A stretch of DNA of 64,000 bases from Euryarchaeota archaeon UBA171 (GTDB lineage Archaea; Thermoplasmatota; Poseidoniia; Poseidoniales; Thalassarchaeaceae): assembly GCA_002497295.1 (NCBI GenBank), contig DANO01000013.1, forward strand, positions 2,672-66,671, in the 5' to 3' direction. The position numbers and the translations under genes are program-made. Positions 45,511 through 55,292 of this stretch are shown here, piece by piece. The number at the start of each line of letters is the position of its first letter. Position 1 is the first letter of the stretch. The notes beneath the pieces were generated by a model that worked only from the letters and a program-made list of their open reading frames with translations, ran no database searches and had not been told where the DNA came from.

Positions 45511-45664
45511 GTTCATTCTCAATTTCTTCTATGATCTTCTTCGTCTCATTTATTTCGGATTTTGATATATCGAGATTGATTCTTTCCAGTCGCGCTGATA
45601 CCGCATCACGCTCTTTTTTTATCCGATTCAAAATTCTCTTAGCGCGCTTGCCATCGCCATCCAT
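45500..45664 (-). CDS. hypothetical small coiled-coil protein
   Basis: 54 aa from the internal ATG at 45664 (MDGDGKRAKRILNRIKKERDAVSARLERINLDISKSEINETKKIIEEIENELKD). Charged heptad-like sequence, with no family recognised. Confidence 0.3.
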   Translation of the reverse strand: MDGDGKRAKRILNRIKKERDAVSARLERINLDISKSEINETKKIIEEIENELKD

Positions 45665-45743
45665 GCTATTGCCCCAGTTACTGTGAACTTGGGTGTTGCT
45701 ATTCACACGACATATTGAAGCAGGGGCCCATTTGCAGGAAACC

Positions 45744-47243
45744 ATGGAGAATCAACCGATAGGCACGAATCAGATTCTCCTATTGCTTGGAATAGCTCTT
45801 CTTACGTTAAATGGAGTGTTTTCTCTTTTCATTGGATTTATGCTCTCGATGTGGTATGTTAGTATCATTATTCTAGAGCATCGGGGCGTTCTGGATAAAT
45901 GGAATTCAACTAGGGTACTTGGCCTGATACTTATGATTAGGACCAATCGAGGGAAGAAGGCCGCAGAATGGATTGCTCGTCCTCGACGTCTTTGGCGTAT
46001 TTTTGGAGAGTTGTCCATATGGCTCTGCTTCAGTGTCATGATTCTGCTAATTTTCGGCATCCTGGCAAGTGCTCTTGAAACTGCAAGGGCTCCAGCCGAG
46101 CAGCAAGTTCTCCCTGCTACAGACATACTTTTCATCCCCGGAGTGACGAGTTTCGTACCAATATTCTGGCCTCTTCTAGCACTAATCGTAACAGTAGTGA
46201 TTCACGAATATGGACATGGACTTCAGGCAAGGGCCCATGGAATGCGGATTCGAAGTTTTGGAGTGCTTCTCGCGGGGATCATTCCAGTCGGAGCTTTTTA
46301 TGAGCCAGAGCAAGAAGAAATTCGAATCGCGCCATCGCGTGAAAGGCTTCGACTGTTCGCAGCCGGGCCATCGATCAATATCGTTTTGACATATGTTCTG
46401 GTCATCTTGCTGGCTGGGGCGTCGCACAGCCTAATAGCAACTGAAAAGGGAGTTTATGCAGTAGGTATTGTAGAAGGCTCAGGAGCCGAAGAGGCAGGAC
46501 TCCTGCCGTATGAATTGATTATGCAAGTCGATGATATTGCTCTTGAGAATCCAGAAGATTTGACCAATATACTTGATGCACATGTGGCGGGAGACACCCT
46601 CCTTCTGACCGTCGGAACTAATCCATTCTATGGGCCGATGGAAACTAGAACAGTGGAAGCAACACTCACTGACAAGAAAGCCTACTATTATGAATTGTGT
46701 GGGGAAGATTCGGAATGCAAATCTAACGTTGACCAGGCAGGGATAGAAGGTGGAGAGGGTTTTCTTGGAGTTAGCGGCATAAGATCTGCAGATAGTGCCG
46801 CTCGAGTATATGGACTCCCATTTGAGGAGGGTCTGACCATGGGGCAGCGTGCAGTTTTGGTAGCCTTGTCCCCCTTGCTATTTGGAGCGATTCCGATCCA
46901 GAACCAAGGACAGACGATGGTACTGCAGGAGAGGGCTTTCCTGAGTGCTGGAGAAGGCCTGATTCCATCTATATTGGGAACAGTTGGGATGTTGGGACTC
47001 TTTGACTTCCTATTCTGGATAATGTGGATCAGTTTCCTTCTTGGTGTTGCAAATCTAATACCTCTGATACCTTTTGATGGAGGGCATATGGTTAGAGATG
47101 CAGGACATATAGTGGCAAGGAAGATTATGCGTGGTTCTAATCCCTTGAAGATTGAACGTCTCGCTGATAGATTGAGTGGTTACAGCAGCCTACTCGTCCT
47201 CGCCTTGGTTATGATCCCCATCATTCTGCCCCGATTCTTCTAG
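45744..47243 (+). CDS. site-2 protease (M50 family) with PDZ domain
   Basis: HExxH in VVIHEYGHGLQA, a second motif NLIPLIPFDGGH, and a PDZ-like VGIVEGSGAEEAGLLPYELIMQVDD. Polytopic. Confidence 0.85.
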   Translation: MENQPIGTNQILLLLGIALLTLNGVFSLFIGFMLSMWYVSIIILEHRGVLDKWNSTRVLGLILMIRTNRGKKAAEWIARPRRLWRIFGELSIWLCFSVMILLIFGILASALETARAPAEQQVLPATDILFIPGVTSFVPIFWPLLALIVTVVIHEYGHGLQARAHGMRIRSFGVLLAGIIPVGAFYEPEQEEIRIAPSRERLRLFAAGPSINIVLTYVLVILLAGASHSLIATEKGVYAVGIVEGSGAEEAGLLPYELIMQVDDIALENPEDLTNILDAHVAGDTLLLTVGTNPFYGPMETRTVEATLTDKKAYYYELCGEDSECKSNVDQAGIEGGEGFLGVSGIRSADSAARVYGLPFEEGLTMGQRAVLVALSPLLFGAIPIQNQGQTMVLQERAFLSAGEGLIPSILGTVGMLGLFDFLFWIMWISFLLGVANLIPLIPFDGGHMVRDAGHIVARKIMRGSNPLKIERLADRLSGYSSLLVLALVMIPIILPRFF

Positions 47244-48062
47244 ATCGGTTCTAAATGAGTCGATGATGAGGGGTGCAGTGATTATGCCGCCTATTACTAA
47301 TGCAAGTTTCATCCAGCTAGATGACGGCACTGCAGGCCATGCTCCAGTCGTTAGAAGTTTTATTGATCCGAGCCAAGGGATTTCAGTGGAAGCGATACCA
47401 ATAACCCACTCGTCTTTGACAGCGAGAACGGGGTTACCATTCTCATCCTTGAGTCCTTGACTCATTATGTACTGGTCTGAAGCATCTCTATCTGTGGCTC
47501 TGAGTTGATCGATCCTGCATCCGTTCGATTTTTCATTATCTCCTGTTGTGAGATATCCCTCGTGGCTAGGTATCCATCGATCGATTCTCAGACTTCCGCC
47601 GTGGGGATAGCATTCGTACTGAAGGACCACGGATATCTCATCCACGCCTCTTAAATCGGTACCTGGTACATCCCATCCACCAGATTCATTCTTAATCGCC
47701 TTGAGTATGGCTCTGTGGATCACCGGAGTGTCACTTCCGCCATTCTTCTTGTAGATGATGACATCCCCCGGCATACCGTGGCTTTCATACCCTTGATGGG
47801 GATTGCCTTCCTGCATTGACTCGGCGAATGTTATGATTCGATCTGCTCTTTCTGGAGCAGTTACCAAGATGAGGTCGCCAGCGTCTATAGCTCCTATCTC
47901 ACCATCCTCTGAATGAATCATGGAATTGCTCTCAACCACTACAAGAGGGGGCCATGATCCGGTGATGGCCCACAAGCCGGACAGTATGATGACGACCAAT
48001 GAAATGGATATCATTGCCTCCCTGACTATCGACGATGTCATCTCAATCCACATCCTCTTCAA
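47190..48062 (-). CDS. signal peptidase I (S26B, archaeal/Sec11 type)
   Basis: 290 aa. N-terminal TM, catalytic Ser region VVVESNSMIHS...AGDLILV, His region PVIHRAI, and YLTTGDNEKSNG. Possible later start at M8 (48041). Confidence 0.75.
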   Translation of the reverse strand: MKRMWIEMTSSIVREAMISISLVVIILSGLWAITGSWPPLVVVESNSMIHSEDGEIGAIDAGDLILVTAPERADRIITFAESMQEGNPHQGYESHGMPGDVIIYKKNGGSDTPVIHRAILKAIKNESGGWDVPGTDLRGVDEISVVLQYECYPHGGSLRIDRWIPSHEGYLTTGDNEKSNGCRIDQLRATDRDASDQYIMSQGLKDENGNPVLAVKDEWVIGIASTEIPWLGSIKLLTTGAWPAVPSSSWMKLALVIGGIITAPLIIDSFRTDLEESGQNDGDHNQGEDE

Positions 48063-48795
48063 TAGAATTAGCAGGGGTCGTCATCCACAATAACATCGAA
48101 AGTGCGAGTACGATTACTGCGCTAACAGAATCGATATGCGGTGGAGGGTGGGTTTGTACTGGATTCCCGATAAGCATGTCATTTAACGAACGAGAAGAAG
48201 CGTCAAAACCGCCGAATAACGATTCAAACACTATGATTGTGAGTAAAAAGAACGTGAGGGAGATTAGTGCTCTGTGGGTTTCCAATTTCTTCAGAGCGTT
48301 GAGTCGAGGGAGAATAACTGAAATCTTAGACCGCGGATTGGACCACCATGAAATTGACTGTGCACTGTTTTTTGGACGTTCACTCCATCTACGATTCGGT
48401 TTAATCTCAAGATTACGATACACGTCTAATAATCTAGATCTGTATCCGGCTCCAAGCGCCTCTGCCGCATCCTCAGCCTCTTTCCTGCGCCTGATTACTT
48501 CAGTTCTGGAATCCAATGCACAAATCTCTTCGAAGGTATCCCTCAGTGACAAGTAGGCGAAAAACTCGGGAAGCAGGAAGAAGCACCCTACGCCACCGAT
48601 GATGAGGCACGCCCAACTGAATGGGACCAGAGACGAAGTTGCTGGGTCAGTTGCTCCTCCGAGCATCAAGAATAGGAGTCCCCAGCCCATAGCACCAGCA
48701 AATAAGATCGATGTGTAGGCCGTGACGGAGTAGTGTATGTCTGGATTTGCCCTCCACCATTTTCGAATCCTCTGAGTCGGCGACAGGCGGGCCAC
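48043..48795 (-). CDS. hypothetical membrane protein
   Basis: 250 aa. Two N-terminal and two C-terminal TM segments around a charged central region. Confidence 0.5.
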   Translation of the reverse strand: MARLSPTQRIRKWWRANPDIHYSVTAYTSILFAGAMGWGLLFLMLGGATDPATSSLVPFSWACLIIGGVGCFFLLPEFFAYLSLRDTFEEICALDSRTEVIRRRKEAEDAAEALGAGYRSRLLDVYRNLEIKPNRRWSERPKNSAQSISWWSNPRSKISVILPRLNALKKLETHRALISLTFFLLTIIVFESLFGGFDASSRSLNDMLIGNPVQTHPPPHIDSVSAVIVLALSMLLWMTTPANSIEEDVD

Positions 48796-48884
48796 ATCAC
48801 TGGGCAGGGTAATTGGGATTAGGGCCTTCCGGGACTTCGAGTCTGACGAAGAGGGCTTTTCTGCCTAGTCTCCAGCGACCTGGC

Positions 48885-51869
48885 ATGGCAGGCAAGACGA
48901 TCGAGCTTGAGGCCCGGGTATCTGACCTGCTTCAGGGGCTTGAATGGGACCCGACGCCGATTCAAAGAGAGAGTGAGGGAGTCCTCCTTTCGGGTAAAGA
49001 TGCTCTACTGGTGGCCCCCACGGGCAGTGGGAAAACAGAGGCGGCAGTGATACCCCTCGTTTCTAGGGCCCTTGATCAAAATTGGGAGCCTCTATCCATC
49101 CTCTACATAACACCCCTAAGGGCACTGAACAGAGACATGGATAAGCGACTTGGACCATTCCTTGAACCTCTGGGGCTAGATGTTTCATTGAGGCACGGTG
49201 ATACGAGTAAATCAGAACGTGCTAGACAATCGAAAAATCCGCCACACATGCTGATCACGACCCCTGAAACTGCTCAAATTATGCTACTTGGCTCTAGATT
49301 GCGAAGGCATCTTGCCAAGGTTCGTGCGATAGTTATCGACGAAGTTCACGATTTGGCGGGGTCCGAGCGTGGTTCTCAGCTTCTTGTGGGAATAGAAAGA
49401 ATTCGTGCATTGTCGAAAAGAGACATCCAAATTGTGGGGTTGTCAGCGACAATAGGTAATCCCGACGAAGTGGCAAGATGGTTTTCGAAAGATGCTGTTG
49501 TTGTCAAAGGACCGTCTCCTAGAACAACTGAAGTACGGGTGCATGTCGAACAATCGACACCTGAAGATGAGGCGCTTGCTGTTACTTGGAATGTATCTCC
49601 AAGGGCGATATCTTCCCTTAGAAGACTGTCTCATCTTATCGGGAAATCATCGCCGGCCCTTGTCTTCGTAAATTCAAGATCAAATTCTGAGACAGTCGCA
49701 CAGAGGATGCTCAAGATTGCTCCCGAAATTGAAATCGGAGTCCATCATGGAAGTCTCGCTGCAGATTCTAGAGAGGAAGTTGAGGAAGCACTGAGAAGAG
49801 GAGGGATCGATGCTATGATCTGTACATCAAGCCTAGAGCTCGGAATAGACGTTGGTTCGATTCGTGCTGTGCATCAGCTACAATCCCCGAGAAGTGTGGA
49901 CAGTTTACTGCAACGAATTGGAAGATCTGACCACAGAGTCGGAGGAACAGGCAGAGGTGAAGTCCTCGTATGGGAAGATGATGACGTGGGGGAATCTGCA
50001 GTAATAGCCAGAAGAGCCTTGGAAGGAGACATTCCAGATGTAGAATGGCGTACTGATCCTGCAATAGTTGCTGCTAACCAACTTATGCAGATGGCAATGC
50101 AAGAAAGTGTTGTCTCGATCGAAGAGGCGCATACAGTGCTGACTTCTGCCTCGATATTCCAGAAATGGGGCATTGAAGATACTCTTGCTACTCTGAAAGT
50201 ATTAGACGATCGATGGCTCCTGAGATTATTCGATAATCCTCCGGAATCAGATATTATCTCTTGGAGTCCGAAGATATGGGAAGTGATTTATTCAGAGATT
50301 GAGGACAAGTCGATTCCGAGTATTAGGCCCTCTTCATCTGAGGACATAGAACCCGCACAGATTGAGATGTGGAAGAAAATCATGATTCCAAGACTTCCGA
50401 AGAAGATTTCCAAAGGTTGGTTTCAACCGGCTGGGAAGTTGATGTCAACAAGGACTCAACATTACTCGATGATTCCTGATGAGTCATTATACAGAATCCG
50501 TGATGTTGTAAGTAGGAGAGTACTGGGCACCGTGGATGAGGCGTTCGTTCTATCTCTTGGCTCTGATGGAAGCGAAGAGGGAGCAGGGAGGCCGAGAACA
50601 TTTGTCATGGCAGGCCGAACTTGGCAGATCATCGATGCCGACCCTGAGAAAAATGAGCTCACTGTTGCTCCTATCTCAGAAATTGGCAATGCACCAGTGT
50701 GGTCCGGAGAATTACCCCCCGTACCAAGAGAAGTTGCTCAGGAGGTGGGGCAACTTAGGAGAAGTGTCGCTGAAATGACCGGTTCCCTAGAAGAGCGGGG
50801 GGGCATCATTCCCTTCGACAGATATCCTCTCTCGAATGAGGCTGCATCGGGCTACATACAATCTGTCATGGATCATCTTGATTCTACAGGCCACATACCG
50901 GATGATCTCAAGCTAACTCTTGAGGTAAGGGAGCATGCAATCGTATTGAATTGCTGTCGGGGTTCCAAGATCAACGAAACTCTAGCACATTTCATCCAAG
51001 CAATGGGGTCGGCACTCGGAGGTTCTACGGGGATGGCCGTGATTGACCCCTATCGAATATCATTCAAGATACCAAGGGTAGATGCTGGGCATATCGAAGA
51101 ATGGTTGAGAGGAACCTCCCCCTCTGCTCTTGAAGCAATTCTGAGAATGACTATCCCGAATGGTAGAGCGATTAGAGCCAGATTTGTACAGGTTGCCCGG
51201 AGATTCGGAGTACTGAGAAAAGATGTGGATCCTAGAAGAGTGAATATCGAAGGCATGATGAAACGATATTCGGGTACACCAGTAGTCGAAGAAACTCTAT
51301 CCAAATTATTCTATGAAAGAATGGACATAGAAGGGACGATGGATCTGATGTCAGACATTCAGAACGGTCGTGTTTCTATTGTGGTTACAGGCCCGGGGCC
51401 CCTTGGCCAGTCTCCTCGTTCTGAACGAGATATGCTACTCCCTGCCTGGAGCGATAAAGATCTGAGAGAGCGTCTCGAGACAAGGCTTCTTTCAGAACGA
51501 TGCGTCCTGATATGTATCAACTGCTCATCCGTCGAGAGGAAACGTGTCGGACGTCTTGAGAATGGGGCCGGTGATTGTTCTGTGTGTGGTGGCGCGATGA
51601 GATGCTGTGCTCCAGAAAGAATGGAGAATATGCTATCTGGATGGGTCTCGAGTCGGGATCCCAAGGATCGCGGCCGGGTTCAGAAAAATGCCGAATTAAT
51701 ACGCAATCATGGGTTTGAGGCGATATTGTGTCTCATGGCCCGAGGTGTGGGTGAAGAAACTGCTACGCGTATTCTAAGATCCCATGCTGGAAAGACTCGA
51801 ACTAAACTTTTGAGATTGATACATAATGCTGAGATTGAATATGCCCGTACTAGACGATACTGGTCTTGA
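48885..51869 (+). CDS. lhr: Lhr-like ATP-dependent DEAD/DEAH-box helicase
   Basis: Motif I APTGSGKTEAA, motif II VIDEVHDL, motif III LSATIGN, motif VI QRIGRSDHR. Long Lhr-type C-terminal region with a Cys4 ribbon CINCSS...CSVCGG. ATG 48885 was chosen over 48813. Confidence 0.88.
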   Translation: MAGKTIELEARVSDLLQGLEWDPTPIQRESEGVLLSGKDALLVAPTGSGKTEAAVIPLVSRALDQNWEPLSILYITPLRALNRDMDKRLGPFLEPLGLDVSLRHGDTSKSERARQSKNPPHMLITTPETAQIMLLGSRLRRHLAKVRAIVIDEVHDLAGSERGSQLLVGIERIRALSKRDIQIVGLSATIGNPDEVARWFSKDAVVVKGPSPRTTEVRVHVEQSTPEDEALAVTWNVSPRAISSLRRLSHLIGKSSPALVFVNSRSNSETVAQRMLKIAPEIEIGVHHGSLAADSREEVEEALRRGGIDAMICTSSLELGIDVGSIRAVHQLQSPRSVDSLLQRIGRSDHRVGGTGRGEVLVWEDDDVGESAVIARRALEGDIPDVEWRTDPAIVAANQLMQMAMQESVVSIEEAHTVLTSASIFQKWGIEDTLATLKVLDDRWLLRLFDNPPESDIISWSPKIWEVIYSEIEDKSIPSIRPSSSEDIEPAQIEMWKKIMIPRLPKKISKGWFQPAGKLMSTRTQHYSMIPDESLYRIRDVVSRRVLGTVDEAFVLSLGSDGSEEGAGRPRTFVMAGRTWQIIDADPEKNELTVAPISEIGNAPVWSGELPPVPREVAQEVGQLRRSVAEMTGSLEERGGIIPFDRYPLSNEAASGYIQSVMDHLDSTGHIPDDLKLTLEVREHAIVLNCCRGSKINETLAHFIQAMGSALGGSTGMAVIDPYRISFKIPRVDAGHIEEWLRGTSPSALEAILRMTIPNGRAIRARFVQVARRFGVLRKDVDPRRVNIEGMMKRYSGTPVVEETLSKLFYERMDIEGTMDLMSDIQNGRVSIVVTGPGPLGQSPRSERDMLLPAWSDKDLRERLETRLLSERCVLICINCSSVERKRVGRLENGAGDCSVCGGAMRCCAPERMENMLSGWVSSRDPKDRGRVQKNAELIRNHGFEAILCLMARGVGEETATRILRSHAGKTRTKLLRLIHNAEIEYARTRRYWS

Positions 51870-51890
51870 CGCAATCGCTATTCGGGTGAT

Positions 51891-52448
51891 GTGGCTCCGA
51901 AGAGCATGCTGATTGGCCTCACAGGAAGGAATGCCTCCGGTAAGACCACTGTGGTTCAATGGTTCTCTGAACGTGGATTTGTTGCTGAATCATGCTCCGA
52001 TTCGATTAGAACGTGGTTGGCAGAAAGAGGAGTAGAATCAACCAGAGAGAATCTAATCGAGGGTGGAAGAGAATTGCGTAGACAAGGCGGCGGCGGCATT
52101 TTAGCTGAAATGCTCCTTGAACGTCTCAACGGCAAGAATGCCGTCATCGATTCAATACGTACTCCGGCGGAGGTGAATGCTCTTCGTCAGAGAGAAGACT
52201 TCATTCTAATCGAGGTTATAGCCAATCCGAGAATACGATGGTCCAGAGCGAAAATCAGATCAAGACCTGGTGACCCATCCAGTGAAGCAGAGTTCATAGA
52301 ATCAGAAAAAAGGGAATTGGAAGCTACTGATCAAGCCGGTCAGGCACTTATCGCAACTGCAGCCATGGCTGATTTCAAAATCGAGAATGATGGCGATCTG
52401 GAATCTCTAGGAAGTAAATTGAATCAGATCGTGTCTGATATTTCATGA
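51891..52448 (+). CDS. P-loop nucleotide kinase (dephospho-CoA kinase/UPF0200-like)
   Basis: 185 aa. LIGLTGRNASGKTTV P-loop and a DSIRTPAEV block. Substrate unknown. Alternative start ATG 51906. Confidence 0.6.
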   Translation: MAPKSMLIGLTGRNASGKTTVVQWFSERGFVAESCSDSIRTWLAERGVESTRENLIEGGRELRRQGGGGILAEMLLERLNGKNAVIDSIRTPAEVNALRQREDFILIEVIANPRIRWSRAKIRSRPGDPSSEAEFIESEKRELEATDQAGQALIATAAMADFKIENDGDLESLGSKLNQIVSDIS

Positions 52449-52886
52449 TCAGGCGGTTCTAATAACCACGCCAGACTCTCGCAATAGAGCCATAGAGCGC
52501 TCGAAATCTTCCTTCCATCGGCCTGGAATTTCAAGACCAGAAGGGATAACCACCTCGGATATACCTGCTTGAATTAGGCTTCTTGCACATCGTGTGCATG
52601 GGGGCCAGGTCACATAGGCAATGCAATCTTTGAGAGCGAGTCCAATCCTTGCTGCGTGCATGATCGCGTTCTCTTCAGCATGGCATATGAGCGGGTACTT
52701 GAGATCCCTGTCGGATAGTCTCTCATCTGTATCGGCGATCCCTCGTGGAAAGCCGTTGAAGCCTGTCGATCTAATCTCCCTGTCTGGACCGACAACGACG
52801 CACCCGACCTTTGTTGAAGGGTCCTTACTCCAGTCCGATATATGGGTTGCAAGACTTAGGAAACGTCCGTCCCACTTCTGGCTCAT
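52449..52886 (-). CDS. dCMP deaminase (ComEB-type cytidine/deoxycytidylate deaminase)
   Basis: 145 aa. Zinc motifs CHAEENAI and PCTRCARSL. Confidence 0.88.
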   Translation of the reverse strand: MSQKWDGRFLSLATHISDWSKDPSTKVGCVVVGPDREIRSTGFNGFPRGIADTDERLSDRDLKYPLICHAEENAIMHAARIGLALKDCIAYVTWPPCTRCARSLIQAGISEVVIPSGLEIPGRWKEDFERSMALLRESGVVIRTA

Positions 52887-52909
52887 ACCCTTTCCTCATG
52901 CACTCCTAG

Positions 52910-54160
52910 TCAAGAGTGTTCCCGAGGGGGATGCACTAACAAGGCATTGGAGAGATCATGTTTCAGAGGAGTTAGCACAGACAGCACATCGCCGATCAAA
53001 TGTATGCTGCCCATGATGAGGAGTTCCACTTTTTTGTCAGATGCACGTTGAAGCGCCTCTTCGAACGCTGACAGAACATTGTCTGCATATGAGTGGCTTA
53101 TCTTCGTCCCGAAGGAGTCGCCGATCTCTCTTGCAGGATGTGGGGGGAGCCTGCCATGCTCAGGTTCTGCGATTACTGCATGGATGATCTTTCTTGATGT
53201 CTCCTCATCCATCAAAGGTGCTAAAATTCCATCTAAATCGTCTTTTTGTGTAAATCCGATCATTATCACAGCATCCCTATCTAGGCGGGCGGCTTCATCA
53301 CTGATTCCTTCTAAGTTATGCGCTGCACTCAGTCTTACAGCAACATTCCCGGACATATGCACAGTTCCATCTCGTCCAGGCCACCTGATATTTACTGGAT
53401 CTTTTTCCCAGCCCAAGTGCTGTCCGATCTTGGAAGCCATATTGTACCATTTTTTCCAGGGTTTGTCAGTTGAATTATCCGTATGCAAGAGAAAATCCTG
53501 ACCTGTCAATCGACGTACTTTTGATTCGATCTCCTCATTATCTGGATCGAACATCATGATTGGGGCGCCTGGGCGATGGATTCCCGCCTTCTCCCTTGCA
53601 ACATCAACGAGTGTTGGGCCGAGAATTTCAAGATGGTCTTCCGAGACGGTTGTGATGGCGCAAAAATCGGCTTTAACGCATCTTGTGGCATCGAGTCTGC
53701 CTCCCAAACCGGTCTCGATTATGGCTCTACTAACTCCTGCTCTCTTGAAAGAAATTAGAGCGACTAGGAATGTCTTCTCATAGTACGTTATCTCGATAGG
53801 AGGTGCCTCCTCGCTTGCCCTCCTAACAAGAGCGAGGCATTCGTCGAACTCTTTCTCATCAATCGGCCTTCCGTCGATCCTAGCACGCTCTTCGACATTT
53901 ACCAAATGGGGCGAGGTGAATAATCCAACCAAATTACCGGAAGCAGCGGCCCTGGCAGCGAGATGTGCGCAAAGAGAGCCCTTGCCATTGGTTCCGGCTA
54001 CATGGATCGATGGAAATGCGTCTTGGGGATTCGACAAACGTGCAAGAATCTGTCTGACATGAGTTAGTCCGAGCCTCATTCGACGGCGTCCAGGGACGGG
54101 AGCGAGCCATGCTCGAAGGTCCTCATGGGTCCAGTGCGCCATGCATCGGGGACGAGCCAT
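52910..54160 (-). CDS. folC: folylpolyglutamate synthase/dihydrofolate synthase (Mur ligase family)
   Basis: 416 aa. P-loop HVAGTNGKGS, SPHLVNVEERARIDG, and ETGLGGRLDATR. Confidence 0.85.
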   Translation of the reverse strand: MARPRCMAHWTHEDLRAWLAPVPGRRRMRLGLTHVRQILARLSNPQDAFPSIHVAGTNGKGSLCAHLAARAAASGNLVGLFTSPHLVNVEERARIDGRPIDEKEFDECLALVRRASEEAPPIEITYYEKTFLVALISFKRAGVSRAIIETGLGGRLDATRCVKADFCAITTVSEDHLEILGPTLVDVAREKAGIHRPGAPIMMFDPDNEEIESKVRRLTGQDFLLHTDNSTDKPWKKWYNMASKIGQHLGWEKDPVNIRWPGRDGTVHMSGNVAVRLSAAHNLEGISDEAARLDRDAVIMIGFTQKDDLDGILAPLMDEETSRKIIHAVIAEPEHGRLPPHPAREIGDSFGTKISHSYADNVLSAFEEALQRASDKKVELLIMGSIHLIGDVLSVLTPLKHDLSNALLVHPPREHS

Positions 54161-54191
54161 CTTGATATGAGCCTAGGCGGTGAGATGGGGT

Positions 54192-55238
54192 ATGTCGGAC
54201 GTCAAGCACCGGCCCATGGCATGGTCATCGATGCTTGGTATGGCTGGAATGTTCATCTTCACAATATGCACTGGAATTTTCATCCAACCTGCATGGAATT
54301 TCGAAGAGGCGAAGGCTTTCGGTGAAGAGGGTTCCACAGAAGCAGCCAACATATTTTTTGAACTGCTCATGATTTTCTTATTCACTGCTGCAGTGATATG
54401 GCTTGCTAGAAAGGGGCTTCAAGTCTTGATCAAAGCATTCGTCCTTTTTGCACTCTGGATATCAATGCTTTATGCTACTCTTCCCCTGATTGCACTGATT
54501 GGTTCAATTTTTGGAATGGGAGGGCAAGAGCCTTGGAATATGGCGTTTATCGCATCTCCCATTCTCTCCTTGGGTGCGATAATCACGCTATACAAATATC
54601 CTGAATGGTGGATTGTGAATGGTGTGGGCATGATCGTTGGTTCGGGGGTGATTGTAATGATCGGCATTAGCTTTGTCCCGGTTCTGATATGCATATTCAT
54701 GATCGCGGCAGCTATCTATGACTACTGGGCAGTGCATCGCTCCAAACACATGCTTGAACTGGCTGATACAATGATTGACCTCAAACTCCCAGTCGTTCTC
54801 GTTGCTCCCAAGGACGCCAATTATAGCTTCAGAAGTGAGCAGGGGAGCATGCGTGACTCAGAATCAATTACTGATAGTTCTGCAGTTCAGCATGATGATG
54901 GAGAGGTATCAAAGAAAGGCAGAGATGCGCTTTTCATGGGTCTAGGTGACGTGATCTTCCCAGGCATGCTTGTCATCTCAAGCTTAACTTACATGCCTGA
55001 GCTCGGAGGTGAAGTATACAACCCGTATGGCTCGATGTATCTCAGCCAGATATTGGTAGCATTGGGTACGCTCGTGGGGGGGCTGTTCGGATATGCGGCT
55101 CTGATGAGGTTCGTTGCAAAGGGGAATGCTCAGCCGGGCTTGCCTCTTCTCAATGGAGGGGCGATCCTGGGGTATATCGTCACCGGAATTATCGTTGTCG
55201 GCCCTGCTGCTCTTTGGCAGGACATAACGTTCCTGTGA
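54192..55238 (+). CDS. presenilin/signal-peptide-peptidase homolog (A22 intramembrane aspartyl protease)
   Basis: Polytopic. YD motif in AAAIYDYWAV, GxGD motif in FMGLGDVIFPGML, and a PAL-like PGLPLLNGG near the C-terminus. ATG 54192 has a GGTGA 8 nt upstream (the listed GTG start is 54180). Confidence 0.75.
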   Translation: MSDVKHRPMAWSSMLGMAGMFIFTICTGIFIQPAWNFEEAKAFGEEGSTEAANIFFELLMIFLFTAAVIWLARKGLQVLIKAFVLFALWISMLYATLPLIALIGSIFGMGGQEPWNMAFIASPILSLGAIITLYKYPEWWIVNGVGMIVGSGVIVMIGISFVPVLICIFMIAAAIYDYWAVHRSKHMLELADTMIDLKLPVVLVAPKDANYSFRSEQGSMRDSESITDSSAVQHDDGEVSKKGRDALFMGLGDVIFPGMLVISSLTYMPELGGEVYNPYGSMYLSQILVALGTLVGGLFGYAALMRFVAKGNAQPGLPLLNGGAILGYIVTGIIVVGPAALWQDITFL

Positions 55239-55292
55239 GTGCTGGAAGCCGAATCCCTCAAGTGGCCCATGGATGACCACGGATTGAGACTG

